Assembly (NCBI RefSeq): GCF_009914755.1 | Contig: NC_060941.1 | Direction: 5' to 3' (one strand) | DNA from: the human T2T-CHM13v2.0 reference genome, Homo sapiens | DNA length: 64,000 nucleotides | Shown here: positions 31,121 through 46,359 of the stretch, one piece after another | Layout: each line of letters starts with the position of its first letter | Position numbering within the stretch: the stretch's first letter is position 1 | Position numbers and translations under genes: made by a program | Notes under the pieces: generated by a model | The model's input: only the letters and a program-made list of their open reading frames with translations | Told to the model about the DNA's origin: nothing | Databases searched by the model: none

Positions 31121-32059
31121 AGAGATTACTTTGGAAACCTAAAGAGTCAAAATCAAGTCCACAATTCCTTGAGCCTGGGATCCATTGCTAGTGCAGGTTT
31201 TGCATTATTGCCTTCCTGAGGTTCCATGTGACTAACCCTGACCCAGAGGAGAGGTTTCCATTGTGCTCATGGGCTGTGAATCCATGAATCACCAAGACCC
31301 CAGAGCAGATCAGAGCATGGCATGTTCTCTAAGAATCGCACCTTATTCAGAGTCTCTAGCATGGCCAGCGTTTCCCCTGAGCTGCCTCCTGAGGCACCTT
31401 CCAGTCTCTGCTTCTCTCTCTTCCTCGGAGTCTCAGTCTGGAGAGGTGAGGTTATGCATCCTGGAAATCTCAGTGGCTTAGAAACACCGAGGTGCCCATC
31501 TCATTCATGCACCCTGTCTATGGGGACCCATCTTGCTCCACACCCTCTTCCCTTGAGACTCAAGCTCATGGGCCAGCCACTTTCTGGATCACTGCATGTT
31601 TGAAAGACAGCTCTTGAGGTGCTTACACCAGCATCTGCACATTCCAGCCTCAAACTGAAGCCTGTCATGTCTGTTCAAACTCATTGGCTGGAACCAGTCA
31701 CACAGCTGCACCCAATCAAAAGGAATCAGGGGGTGTGACCCTCTCATGTGCTCAGAAGCAGAGGAAGAGAGTTGGATTGTTGAGCAAACGCCTTGATGAC
31801 TACAGCTCTCAAAGATGGTATTGAAAGGCAGGCCTGAAAACCTGCCTCCCCAAAGGCAGACTGGGCGACTTCAGGCTCTGAGAAGACCGTGTGCCTACTG
31901 GGGTTTCAGGACAAACATGGGTAGGCAGGAGGGAGGAAGCAGGGCCAGCACAAAGATAAGGAAACCATGCCAGCTCCTAGCCTCAGATGCTCAGCCTGAA
32001 GCAAGCAACCATAAACAGAACCAAATCATCAGGACCCAAAGCACTGAAAAAAACCATGA

Positions 32060-32475
<416 letters not shown>

Positions 32476-32522
32476 GTTCTTTTACATTTATAATCTCATT
32501 CAGCGATGTTGGCATTAGTATC

Positions 32523-33000
32523 TGTAGTGGGCTGAATGGTGATCCCTAGAAAGATTTGTCTACATCCTAACCCCTAGAACATGTGAACATGATCTTATTT
32601 GGCAAAAAAAAAAAAAAAAAAAGTCTTAGTGGATACAATGAAATTAAGGATCTCAACTTAATATGAGATCCTCCTGGATTAGCCCCTAAACCCAATGACA
32701 AGTGTCCTTATAGGAGACAGAAGAAGAGAAGACACCAGCACACAGAGAAGAAGTCCCTGTAAAGACAAAGGTAGAGATGGAGTTATGCAGCTATAAGCCA
32801 AGGAACACCTGAAGCGTCAGAAGCTGGAAGAGGCCAGGAATGAACCCTTCTCTAGAGCCTCCAGAAGGAATGTGGCCCTGAAGACACCTTGGTTTTGGAC
32901 TTCTGGACTTCTGGCTTCCAGAACCATGAGAGTAAATTGTTGTTGCCCTAAGCCACCATGTTTGTGGTAATTTGTATGGGAGCCATAGAAAACCAATACA
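32523..33000 (+). mobile_element. MaLR solo LTR, MLT1B/C-like
   Basis: tgtagtgggctgaatggt...aagccaccatgtttgtggtaatttgt...aaaccaataca (TG...CA ends). Confidence 0.85.
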
Positions 33001-33475
33001 GAATCCTTCATACATAGTTGAGGAAGCTGAATCTCAGAACAGTTGGGCAATTTCTCACAGTCATACTGATAATAAGTGTCAGAGCCAGGTCTTGAACTTG
33101 ATTGGAGTGGCTTCAAAGTCTGAGCTCTTAAAGACAGTGCAGGGAAGAGCTGACAGCTACATACTGGAGCTAGGCTGCCTGGGTTCTAATCCCAGCTCTG
33201 CCATTCGTGAACTGTGTGTTTTGGGGCCAATTGCTTAATCTTTCAAGCCTTAGTTTCTTCCTCTATAAAATAGGGCTGCCAAAAAGAGTCCTTTCTCTGC
33301 AAATTTATTTTGGAATTGAAAGGAGTGGATGAGTGAAGGTATGAAAAGTGCTGAGAACCCGACTTTGAACACAGGAAGCACTAGAAAAGCATTTTGTATA
33401 ACCATACATCTGCAGAATATTTGCTTGCCATGATTCTCCTAATCATATGCTATGGCCCATTCATTCCCCTTAGTC

Positions 33476-33682
33476 CAGGGCTTCCCAATTTCAACACTAA
33501 TGATGTTTTGGAACTGATAATTCTTGGTTTCCGGGGCTGTCCTGAGCTCTGAAGATTTAGCATTCCTGGCCCCTACTCATTTGATGTCAGTAGCAATCCC
33601 TCCTCCTGAGTCTTGACAATTGGTCTGTAGACATTGCCAATGTCCTACGGGGGGCAAAATTGCCTTCCGTTGAGAACCACTG
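33476..33682. mobile_element. MER20 (hAT-Charlie MITE)
   Basis: cagggcttcccaat...gacattgccaatgtcctacggggggcaaaattgccttccgttgagaaccactg. Confidence 0.8.
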
Positions 33683-33933
33683 CCCTTGGCCTTGCAAAGC
33701 CAGGCCTTTAGGATGGAAGTCTCTTTACTGAGCAGCCTGGCTTGCAGCTGGGTCTTGGAAGCAGATCCGGTTTTCATGCCAGAAGTTGTGGAACTGTCAG
33801 GCAGATGACTGTTCACAAAGGGCTGAGCTATCCCCAGTCCCCAAGGACTCAGCACACTGAGTGAAGGGACGTCAGTGCTGGGGACACAGCTGGTAAAGTT
33901 CTGGCTCTATTATTTGACGTTTCTGAGCCTTCA

Positions 33934-34860
33934 GAGAAAATTTTTGCAATCTATCCATCTGACAAAGGTCTAACATCCAGAATCTACAAGGAACTTAAAC
34001 AAACTTACAAGAAAAAAACAACCCCATCAAAAAGTGGGCAATGTATACGAACAGACACTTCTCAAAAGAAGACATTCATGCAGCCAACAAACATATGAAA
34101 AAAAGCTCATCATCCCTGGTAGTTAGAAAAATGCAAATCAAAACCACAATGAGATACCATCTCACGCCAGTTAGAATGGTGATCATTAAAAAGTCTGGAA
34201 ACAACAGATGCTAGCAAGGATGTGGAGAAATAGGAACGCTTTTACACTGTTGCTGGGAGTGTAAATTAGTTCAATCATTGTGGAAGACAGTGTGGTGATT
34301 CCTCAAGGATCTAGAACCAGGAATACTATTTGACCCAGCAATACCATTGCTGGATATATACCCGAAGGATTACAAATCATTCTACTATAAAGACACATGC
34401 ACACATACGTTTATTGCAGCACTATTCACAATAGCAAAGACTTGGAACCAGCCAAAAAGCCCATAAATGATCGACTGGTTAAAGAAAATGTGGCACATAT
34501 ACACCACGGAATACTATGCAGCCATAAAAAAGAATGAGTTCACGTCCTTTGCAGGCACATGGGTGAAGCTGGAAACCATCATCCTCAGCAAAGTAACACA
34601 GGAACAGAAAACCAAACACCGCATGTTCTCACTCATAAATGGGAGTTGGACAATGAGCACACATGGACACAGAGAGGGGAACATCACACACCGGGGCCTG
34701 TCTGGGGGTGGGGGCAAGGGGAGGGAGAGCATTAGGACAAATACCTAATGATGGGTTGATGGGTGCAGCAAACCACCATGGCACATGTATACCTATGTAA
34801 CAAACCTGCACATTCAGCACATGTATCTCAGAACTTAAAGTAAAATAAAAAATAAAAAGA
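33934..34860 (+). mobile_element. 5'-truncated L1PA (PA7/8-like): ORF2 C-terminus and 3' UTR
   Basis: KMWHIYTTEYYAAIKKNEF...KHRMFSL; L1PA 3' UTR and A tail; inserted in a MIR. Confidence 0.93.
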
Positions 34861-35944
34861 TACCTATTATGTGGGACTAATAATAATATCAACCTCATCT
34901 AGTGATTATAGGCATTAAATAAAATATTAGATGCAAAAAGATTAGCAGAGTGCTGGCCAGAGAGTCAGCATGTAGTCAGTGTCAGCTGTTATGATTCTCA
35001 CCATTATTCCCCCCGCCTGGGGAGTTGACCCATAAAGGGATGCAAAAGCAAAACACCTAATCTTCATGGCTGCAAAGACCCCAAATCAAATCAGGATGTG
35101 TTTGACGGCCGCCATCAAGTAAAACATACATGGCCAGGACGAGGGAGGGAGTTGGGGTGTGTGTAATGTAATTTAAAGGAATGTCTTTGCCAGGGCAGAA
35201 GGAAATTGTGAGATTTACATTGGCGTGACAAAGGTTCCCGAAAGCTGCAGCTCTCCCACGGCCTGAAATGATGATATTTGCTGTTGGCAGATGTAGCTGA
35301 ATTGGAAAAAGAGAGACCGCACTCACAGACTGTCATTTCATTTTATTCATTGGTGGCTGTCGTCCAAAGGGTGAAGTGAGAGCTCCTCCACGGAGGAGGC
35401 GGCTTGCAGGACGATAATCCTCCTCCTTTTCCTTCTCTTATACTTCGATTGCCTCAGCTACCAGAGGAAAGGGCTAAGGCCTTGGAGTCAGGAGGTCTCA
35501 GTTTGAGTCCTGGTTCTGCCACTTGCCAGCTGTGTGCGTGACCGTGGGCCAGCCACCCACCCCTCTGAGGCTCTCACCTCTTATCTTTCTAGAGGACCAA
35601 CAAAGACACAGTGCTTATAGCTGGTGGTGAGCCTCCTGGTGCTCTTTCACCTGCCTGGTACTTCTCACCTTGCTCTCCAAAGACTGCCTGCTGCCCTTCT
35701 GTTCCCAGAATTGGTTGCCTGTTGTGGTCACCTCAGTAAAGTTCCAAGTTTGCATCTTCATCTTGGAAGGAGGAAGAAACATTAGGCTCATAATGTCCCA
35801 CCAACAGCTGATATTAAGGGAGTACATCTCACCAAAGAGATCAGGCATTTGGCAGTAATGTTGAAAAGCATGGTTCCCTGAAGGTGCCTATACCACCTTT
35901 ATGAAAATAATAGGAATAGCAGCAACAGGCCATTACTATTTCTT

Positions 35945-36550
35945 TCTTTCTTTTTAAATTATACTTTAAGTTCTGGGATACACATGCAGAATGTGCAGGT
36001 TTGTTACATAGGTATACATGTGCCATGGTGATTTGCTGCACCCATCAACCCATCATCTACATTAGGTATTTCTCCTAATGCTATCCCTCCCCTAGTCCCC
36101 CACCCCACAACAGAACCCAGTGTGTGATATTCCCCTCCCTGTATCCATGTGTTCTCACTGTTCAACTCCCCTTTATGAGTGAGAACATGCGGTGTTTGGT
36201 TTTCTGTTCTTGTGTTAGTTTGCTGAGAATGATGGTTTCAGCTTCATCCATGTGCCTGCAAAGGACATGAACTCATTCTCCTTTTATGGCTGTGTAGTAT
36301 TCCATGGTGTATATGTGCCTCATTTTCTTCATCCAGTCTATCATTGATGGGCATTTTGGTTAGTTCCAAGTCTTTGCTATTGTGAACAGTGCTGCAATAA
36401 ACATATGTGTGCATGTGTCTTTATAGTAGAGTGATTTATAAGCCTTTGGGTATCTACCCAGTAATGGAATTGCTGGGTCAAATGGTATTTCTGGTTCTTG
36501 AGGAATCGCCACACTGTCTTCCACAATGGTTGAACTACTTTACACTCCCA
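35945..36550 (-). mobile_element. 5'-truncated L1PA (PA7-like) 3' end
   Basis: ttatactttaagttctgggatacacatgcagaatgtgcagg...; TSD ccattactatt at 35930 and 36551. Confidence 0.93.
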
Positions 36551-37279
36551 CCATTACTATTCCTTAAGCATTTATTCCAGGGCGACGTGAATTATCAAAT
36601 CCTCAGGATACCGCTCTGAGGGGAGTGTTCTGATTATTCCCATTTTATAGAAGAAAGAGAAGCTTAATGAAGTAAGATAATTTGCCCAAGGCCAAGCATC
36701 TCATCAGGGGTGTCCTGTATGGTTGTTCAGGTTGTGCACTGCATGAGGAAACGCCACCTAAGAAGGTGACATTTACATTGTAGAAAAATACTAATTTGTA
36801 TTACAGCACACAGTGAGCACAGAGCTTCTAGGCCTCTGAGGCATGTCCTAGAGCAACTGGTCCTTTATAAACCCACCCCGACACCATGATAAGGCTTCCA
36901 CTCAGGAGTGCAGGAGTCACACACTCATTGATGCACACGGGCATGTAGTTGTACCAGGTTCTTACTGTGCCCCAGTCATCTTCTGAGGTTGCTTCTCTCA
37001 TTGCTGTAGCTCTTGGTGGCCCCATTCACATCCTATACCAGACTTGGAGTTGGCTACGATTGCCTTTTGGGGAAGGATAGGGCAGGTGCACGTTGGTGTC
37101 AGTGGGGGCCTGAGAGAACCGGGCTATCTGTATACACAAAGCTGGGGCCTGATTCCTAATCAGATGCTATCTTACCCTGAGTTCCCCAAACAGCAGAGCC
37201 AAAGGAGAAGCTTATGTGTGAGCATCTCACAAACAGTGTGAGCCTAGGGAGCAGAAGTGAGGGACGGGGAGCCGGATGA

Positions 37280-37782
37280 GCTTCCTGTGGCTGCTGTAAC
37301 AAATTACTAGAAACTTGGTGGCTTAGAGAAACACACACTTGTTCTTTTACAGTTTACTGGTGGTCACACATGCCAAATGAGTTGCAGTGGGTTGAAATCA
37401 AGGTGTCAGCAGGGCCTTGCTCTCTCTGGAGACTATGGGGGAGAATCCACTTCCTTGCCATTTCCAGCTTCTGGAGCTGCATTCCTATAATTGCATTTCT
37501 TGGTATGTGGCCCCTTTCTGCATCTTCAAAGTCAATGGCACTGGATCTTACTCCATCCTCTCATTGCCTTCTTCTGTAATTGCATTTTCCCTGCCTTCCT
37601 CTTATGACACCTGTGATTATACTTAGAGCCTACCAGCTAAGCTGGGATGATCTCTCCATCAAGATTCTTAATACAATTGCATCTGCAAAATGTGACTGAA
37701 ACCCCCCTTGCCAGTAGGTAACAATCACAGTATCAGGAGTTAGGACCTGGATCTGTTTGGGGGCCATTATTCAGCCTACCAT
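37280..37782 (-). mobile_element. MaLR solo LTR, MLT1C/D-like
   Basis: gctgctgtaacaaattactagaaacttggtggctta...ggggccattattcagcctacca. Confidence 0.8.
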
Positions 37783-38490
37783 GGAGTGAAGAGGGGAGGG
37801 AGAGGAGAGCCAAGATAAGGATGCATTTTCTGCTTGGCCGCTCTTATGGGAGACTGGTTGCTTGATTCTCTGGGGCCACCAAGAAGCTGTATGAAATGTT
37901 TCCATCTCAGAACTGCCTCTGGGGAAGAGTGGGCAGTGGGGAAGGAGGAAGTATCTTTCCACGGCTCCTATCCCCTGTTGGTCAAAGGTTCACCCCCTGG
38001 GGCATCCATACTCCCACAGCTGTGGATTGTGCCCAAGTGGATGCTGGGGGTCTCCCACCTGGAGGAGGAGATGAGACCAGTGGGTGCCACTAGGCTGCAC
38101 CGCCGGCCAGGGCCCCCAAGGAGCTGCCCATCAGAGCAGAGGCTGGAATAAGGACAGACAGGTAAGGCCCAGAGGGCCTGAAAGGGGTGCAAAAGAGGCG
38201 TCCAACACAGGTGCCTGTGCTCTGTCTACAGGTACAAAAATAAGTCTGAATTAAGGGAACATGGTTCATGTGAATTTAAGTGGGATGCTTCTAATGAAAC
38301 CCCAGGTCCCAGGGCCCTTGCTCCTGTCCCCCTGCCCCCCGCTTCCTCTTGCCTCCTTGTCCTTTACACAGGTGGGGGCATCTTGTGGGGCCATCTGTGG
38401 TCAGTTATCTGACACAACCAGAGAGGCCGCCTCCCTCTTCCCCCTTCCCTGCCACATAATGCGCTTCTGGGTATGCTTTAAATTGTTTTA

Positions 38491-38982
<492 letters not shown>

Positions 38983-41268
38983 CTACAAACTCCACCGCTA
39001 CCTTGCAGTTCATAAGGAGCCAAGGCGAACAGGGGAAGGTTTGCCTCATTCTCTGATCAGGGTCCCACACACCCATGCTTCAACAGGTCTAGCAAAGAGG
39101 AGAGAAGCCCCAGGAATAAAATGAAGACTTTTGGAGAGGAGTGGGTGCTTCATTGAGAAGAGCAGAACTAGTAGAACGGGCATCGTGGGCAGCATCGGGG
39201 AGCTAGGTGGTGCTGGGGTGTGGGGTTGAGTGAGTGGGGAAGGTTTGGGGAACCCCAAAAGGAATTGAGCTCAGTGAGTGCAAGTGCGGGAGAGGTAAGT
39301 GCTCCTAGCCTCAGAGATGGGAAGCTCAGGGCAATGGCTTCTGAAGTTCTTTCCCTCTGACCCTGTGGGACCAGAGTAAAGCTCAGGTCTAAAGAGGTCT
39401 CCAGACCAGGTCTTTCTGACTGTCTCTCACCTGCCCTTGCACCGCTGTCTCTTGAAGCCCTTTGGATACATTCATATGAACTTCTGTCCTCATTCCCATG
39501 CGGCTCCTGCCGCTCTTATTCCTGACTCCATCTTAGCTTATGACCACCTCCGCCTTGCAGTTCCGGGTATGGAGTGTATTTCTGCTCTCCCCCGACTCTC
39601 AGAAGCCCCCTCCAGGACTCCAGCATGTCCTTGTTCTATCCCTCGCACCTGGTAGCACGTCTCCCTGGCGAGCCCTTCAGGCCTTCATCCTGTCTCACTC
39701 CACAGCGAAGTGATTCAGGCACTTCCAGCAGGTTCTACATAGAGAAGATTCTGATGCCCTAGACAGGCTGAGCCTGACCCTACCAGTCCCAGGCCCAACC
39801 CGACCCTGGCCTTGACCTTGACCTTTGAGTCTCAGTCCCGTCCCAGGCTTAGCCCAATGCTCCTGTCAGCCTCATCCCTCAACTCTGCCCCCAAAGGTGC
39901 ATTTACTGCAGACAGTTCCAACCCCTGTCCCAGGCTGAGCCCCAGATAATCCCAGATTGTCCCTCAACCTAATCCAGCCCAGAAACGGACCTTTATTTAA
40001 AATGAATGGTATAGCTCAGCCCTCCCACTTCGGCAGCTCAGCTCTCATATCATGTGCCTCAGTGGGCCGATTTATTGAGACCGTCAGGGCCACGCAGTAA
40101 AAAGACCACCTCGCTTGGGCCTGAGTCCAAGTTTTTTCACTTACCAGCGACATCACTTTAGGCTAAGTTCCAACGGGCACTTTCTGGGCCCCAGTGTCCT
40201 TTACTTACCACAAATAGCTATGACAAGAGTTCTGCAACCTGGCGCCTGGGAGTCCTTTGTACACTGTGGGATACTGCAGGGTTTCACATTCAGGGATACT
40301 CGGGGACTGAGCTTTCTGTCTCTCCCCTGCCGCAAAGGGCAGTTCTTTTCCCAACACTGCAGGTGTGCTAGGCCTTCCACAAATCCCCGACCTGCCGACA
40401 GGATGTTTGAACAAGGCTCCTGCAACAGCCTTGGCCCTGGTGCCATCACCCGACCTAGTTTTATTTCCGTTTCCTTGAGAGAAAATGTTATCCCAGTCCG
40501 CTCTCTGTAGTCTGACAAATGTGTTCCTTTATTAGGGTGAACCCAGCCCTGGGAGGCAGCAGAGCAGGTCACGTGCTGGCAGGGTTGCCATGGAAAGTAT
40601 TCACTTTTATTGAATTATTCATTTGCGGCGTCCACCTAGAATGTCCCCTCAGGCTCACAGCTGTGACAGACAGACACTTGGACAAAGAGACGTGTGGCCA
40701 AGGGCCCCTCCACACGTCAGCTTCCCTCCCAAGAGCTGTCTCCCGACAGGGACAGAGCAGAGAACTTTGAGTCCGAGACCCCGGATCCCCTACCCATCTT
40801 TGTTCAGGAGACAGTGGCTCTACAGAGATTTAGTGTGCACACTCTGGCTCCAGACCACCAGAGTTCAAGTCTCCTCTCTTCCTCTTCTATTTCCTCTACT
40901 GAAAAGTGGGAATAGGAAGATACCCACCTCTCCAGGTTGCTATTACATTTTAGACTCAAAAATATCTAAAATACAAATAGTAATGTTGGCTTTTATTTAT
41001 TTATTTATTTTTACCAAGTAAGTGATTATGGGCCTCAGTTTTCCCCATCTGTACAATGAAGACAACTGACCAGATAATCCCTAAGGAAGCCTCCAGCTCT
41101 GATACTGCCTGCCATTGACAATGAAGCCAAATGGCATCGTCCTGCCTGAATTCTTAAGTTTCTCAGGGACACAAAATCCATTTTCTCCAGTAGACGTTGT
41201 CTTCTTCCCAGTAGCGGGGGTCACAGGTCATGGTCGTAAAGTGAGTGTGTGTTAAAGACTCAAACAGG

Positions 41269-41568
<300 letters not shown>

Positions 41569-43208
41569 GACTCAAACAGGCCCGGTTCCAATTTCAAGGT
41601 CAGGGGAAGGATGAGTTCTGCCTTCCTTTAACTCTCCCAGGCTAGGAGTGGGGTGTGATGTGGCGTCATCAATAGCCTGGTGTATCAGGCAATTTTTACT
41701 GAAATCACCGCCACCATCTGCAACTTGAAGGGCTTGTTGGGGCACGCTGGCATTGCTTTCAAACAACTGATTCTCGGTAGAATGAAGAAAGATCAGCAAT
41801 GTAATGTTTGCATGGTTATTTTTTTGTATTCTAAACTGAAACCCGTTTTTAAAGTGACCACCTCAACATATGTGTCAAGATATAAATAGAGGGAGGATGT
41901 TATCACAGAAGCTTTGGAAATCACCTAAATGCCCATTAGGAGAGGAGTGGCTGTATACACTGCTAATTCCTTTCCAATAATTTACCATGTAGACATGAAG
42001 AGTGAGCGAGACGTATACTTACGGACAAGCCTAGATCATAAGACCCAGGACTGAGTAAAAAGAGATTTAAAAAGCAAGTGCTATAAAATGTCGTTTAAAT
42101 CAAACCTATAAACATAAATATATAGCCCAGCTGTCTAGGGCCAGCCTGTAGTTTTAGATCTAGAAAAAGTTGGCTTGTACCTCCCATCCACAAACTGGGG
42201 AGCCCCCTGACCCCCATATGTTTGGGAATTCCTGAAGGAATTTTCTAGGCAGGGTCACATCTGGATTCTCTAGCACCTGGCTACCCTCCCCGCCCCCCGC
42301 CCCTCCCCGATTCTGCTGAATTAGCTCAAGGTCAGGATTGTGTGACTGTCTCGTGTTCCAATTTTCCTTCCACACCACAACTGTCCACATATAGATTCAG
42401 CCCTTTCCTTAATGTCTCCCCCCAGAACACTCATACTGGGTCTGTGTGTGTTGGAAGCATTCTCGAAGGCTTGGGGAAGGCCATTGAAGGCTTTTCATAG
42501 CAACAAAGCAAGCAACTTGAAATTCAATCAGGTGCCCCTGCTTTTCAAATGTCCCCTGACCACTCCCATACCCAGGGCCCCAGCCTCCTGCTGGGATGCG
42601 CTTTGCTCCTTTATTTTTCTTTCTATTTTCAGCTCTATTGCTCTCCCTCTAGCGCTTGATTGGCCCTGGGAGCACCAAGCTCCTCTCACTTTATGAAGCA
42701 GAGCAATTCAGTTCTTTTTCTGCCTCACCCCCACATTTGGATATAGGCCACTCTTGCAGGTATCCAAACCCGTGGAGGGGCTCAGGGTCAGCTTCCAACC
42801 GGCTCTGCACCAAACAGAACTTGCCCTCGTTAGAGAGCTGTTGGGGTTGTAAATAGCAGCATACCACACCCACCCACCCCCACACACACACACACAGAAA
42901 ATCAGTCTGGAATTGTGTTCACCAAAACGTTAACAGCGGTCATTTCTGAGTAATTATATTTTAGGTAATTTTTTGCCTAAAATATAATTTAAGGCAAAAA
43001 TTTTTTCTTTATATATTTTTGTATTATTTGAATTTTCTAAAATGAGCATATATTAGCTTCCCAGTCTGAACAGGGAGCAGAGGAAGCAATTTTGGGGGAA
43101 GACAATACCCTCTGTGATGCAGAGGCCCGCTCAAGTTCCCCCTCTTCCCCCACGTAGTCCGCGAGCACATCCCTTTAATGCCCACGCCTCAGTCAGTCAC
43201 TGCCCAGG

Positions 43209-43289
43209 CCCTGCTGCGACTCTCTCAGCACCCTCCCACCTGTCACTTCCGACCCCTGCTCCAACTCTCTCAGCACCCTCCCACCTGTC
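43209..43289. repeat. 45-bp-period tandem duplication (1.8 copies)
   Basis: ccctgct..actctctcagcaccctcccacctgtc occurs twice. Confidence 0.9.
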
Positions 43290-44219
43290 CCAGCTGTGTT
43301 GCCGCAGAGGCTGGCAGGCAGCCCACCCAGACCTCCCAGGAGTCCAGCAGAAACTGACTTCCCACACACTCTGCTCACAGCCATTAGGAGGGCAACCGTG
43401 GCAAGGGTGCAGAGAGCCAGTGGGGCCTGGGCCATTTTGAGAGCACCCCTCCTCTGCCCATTTTTGCAGAAGTGATTGAACGATGTGAGCCACACATAGG
43501 ATTGACTGGAATTACTAGGAGCAGGGCTCAACATCCTACATCACCTTGCTAACAGAGCCTTGGCCTCTGGAGAAGAGGTGCGGAGCTGGAGGGAGGAGGA
43601 GCATCCGGGAGGCCTGGGGAGCACTTCCAACACCACCCCCTTCAACAGATGCATCTTGTATTGCTACTGGTACAGTGTGTTTTGATTGATATGTCACCAC
43701 GCTCTCTTGGTGAAGGGACAGGAGATGGGTAAAGTTGCTTTTGTTGCCAAGAAACATGAAAGTCAACTCATGCTCAGGAAGAGAACATGCAGGTTCATTT
43801 ACGAGTAGTGAGGCTCAAGATTTAGGAGAAGAGGTTTCAGACTCTCCTGCTGCCCCACCCCCAATCTGGCCTGGATTTCTGCCCAAAGACCTGTCTGAGG
43901 CCAATATGAATCATGTAACAGGAACTGGATTTTAAATCCATTCCGCATGGTGTCTGGCACCGAGCCAGCCGCTGTGGGCACTCAACACCCTTTTGTCAAA
44001 TCAAGCTCTTATGGAATCACTCTTCCCTCTTTTTAAAACCACCATTCATCGAGAGCCTTCTGTGGAGCAGGCACCAGGCCATGTGCTTTACTTATGTCAT
44101 AGCCCATTAAACCATCACACTAGGGCTTCAAGGTAAAGTGTTATTGCTCATTTTTTTATAGATGAGGAAACTGCATCTCACAGAGATGAACATAAGTAAC
44201 TAGCCAAGGGTCCCACAGT

Positions 44220-44590
44220 CCATTAGTCAGCTATTGTGGCAATAATGCTACGCAACACACACTGTCTGCAGACTGAGGAGATGGCAACAAGCACTTACTT
44301 CCCACTGACAGCCGTGGCTCTCATGGGCTGGGCTCCAGGCTGTGGGTTGGGCTGTTTCAAGGATCTCATTCTCCTGGGACCAGTGGTTACCCACTCCATT
44401 CCTCTCATGGCAGATGGCAAAAGAGCCAGATTCCAAGCCAAGACATGCAAATATGGAACAGTTTCTTGGCCAAGACCCACATCTATGGGAGAGGGAAAGA
44501 TATTTCACCTCTTCTATTGAGAGATCTTGTAAGGTCGCATTGCAAAGGGTATGAATGCATCATTCTGACACCAGGAGTCAAGAAATGGGA
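44220..44590 (-). mobile_element. MaLR LTR, MLT1H/I-like
   Basis: cattagtcagctattgtggcaataatgct...gcaaagggtatgaat. Confidence 0.6.
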
Positions 44591-45626
44591 GTAAGGGTAC
44601 CATTTGTAGACATAGCTAGTGGAGAGCTGAAGCCAGGTTCATACTAAGATCCTTGCAATGCTAAAACCCGCTGTCAGTCACACCACAGCTCTTCCTCTGT
44701 CCCCTCTGTGAGTGACACACTGAGCTCAAGTCTCAAGATGTAGGTAGCATGGATAAAGAAGCCTGGAAGACTTAGCAGACCTCAGGAGAAAATCGGGCCT
44801 AGGATGCTTGCTCGGTGCACTTGCTGCAGCGGTAGTTACTCTGGAAGACGACAGCTGTGGACCTTTGAAGACTGGGTGGGGAGCCAAGGAGAGAAACTAC
44901 TCCTCTCCATCGGAACCAGATTCAGCAGCAATGCTTGCTCTCTGTCCACCCGGGGCCAATGAAACTGTTCACTCATTTCCAGCTTCTGGCATGACTGTGC
45001 CCCAACGTCCAAGACAGGATGGATTCCACGTTTTGGGACAGCATTCCCCACCATATTTCATGCAGTGCACCCCCAAGATCTTATCAGTGAACTTCAACTC
45101 TTGGAACATTAGTGGGGAATAGCACTATTAATATCTGGGGGCAGTTTACTTCCAACGTCTGGAGCTCAAGATACCCTAAACTGGACTTGGCAGTCACAGG
45201 GAATAGCCAGTGTCCTGGGTGTAGGATCTGAGGCCCTGACTTCCAGTCTCAGCTCTGAGGCTCATCTCTAGGCCTCGACTTCCCTACTGCTAAAATGGGG
45301 CTGGGCTATAGCCCGTGTCCAAAGCCTTTCCCAGCCCAGCAGCTTCTGGTCCCAGGAGGCCAGCTTACTGTCGGGGCATTCTAAACTCAGTGTTCAGCTG
45401 TGTGGTGCCTTTTGTCTCCCCAGTTTCACCTATGCTTGTCACATAGAGTCCAGAGCCCTTAGACTTCTGGAAGAAAACAGAGTAATTAGGGGGTTGGCTG
45501 ACTACGGGCAGGGTTCTTGTTACTCAGTCTCCTCAGGCTGCAAGCAGGGCTGAACCTGGATTGCTCAGTCTGCGTGGGGCTCAGAGCTGGGGCGGGGTCT
45601 GGGGCTTCCCCACAAAGCCCACATCA

Positions 45627-46160
<534 letters not shown>

Positions 46161-46359
46161 CGTAGCAGATGCCGATATCCACCCTCGCCTTTGCCATTTC
46201 CCCTGCACACTGGCTCCTGGGGCACCTTCACTCCCAGCAGCCCACGCCTGCGATTTTCTGCCAGAGGGCTGTCCTCAGGCTGCTGGAGGCCCCTTTGCTT
46301 GTAGCACCAAGAGCCAGAGGGCTTGGAAATTTACATCCACCCAGGGGCAGCCCTTAACC

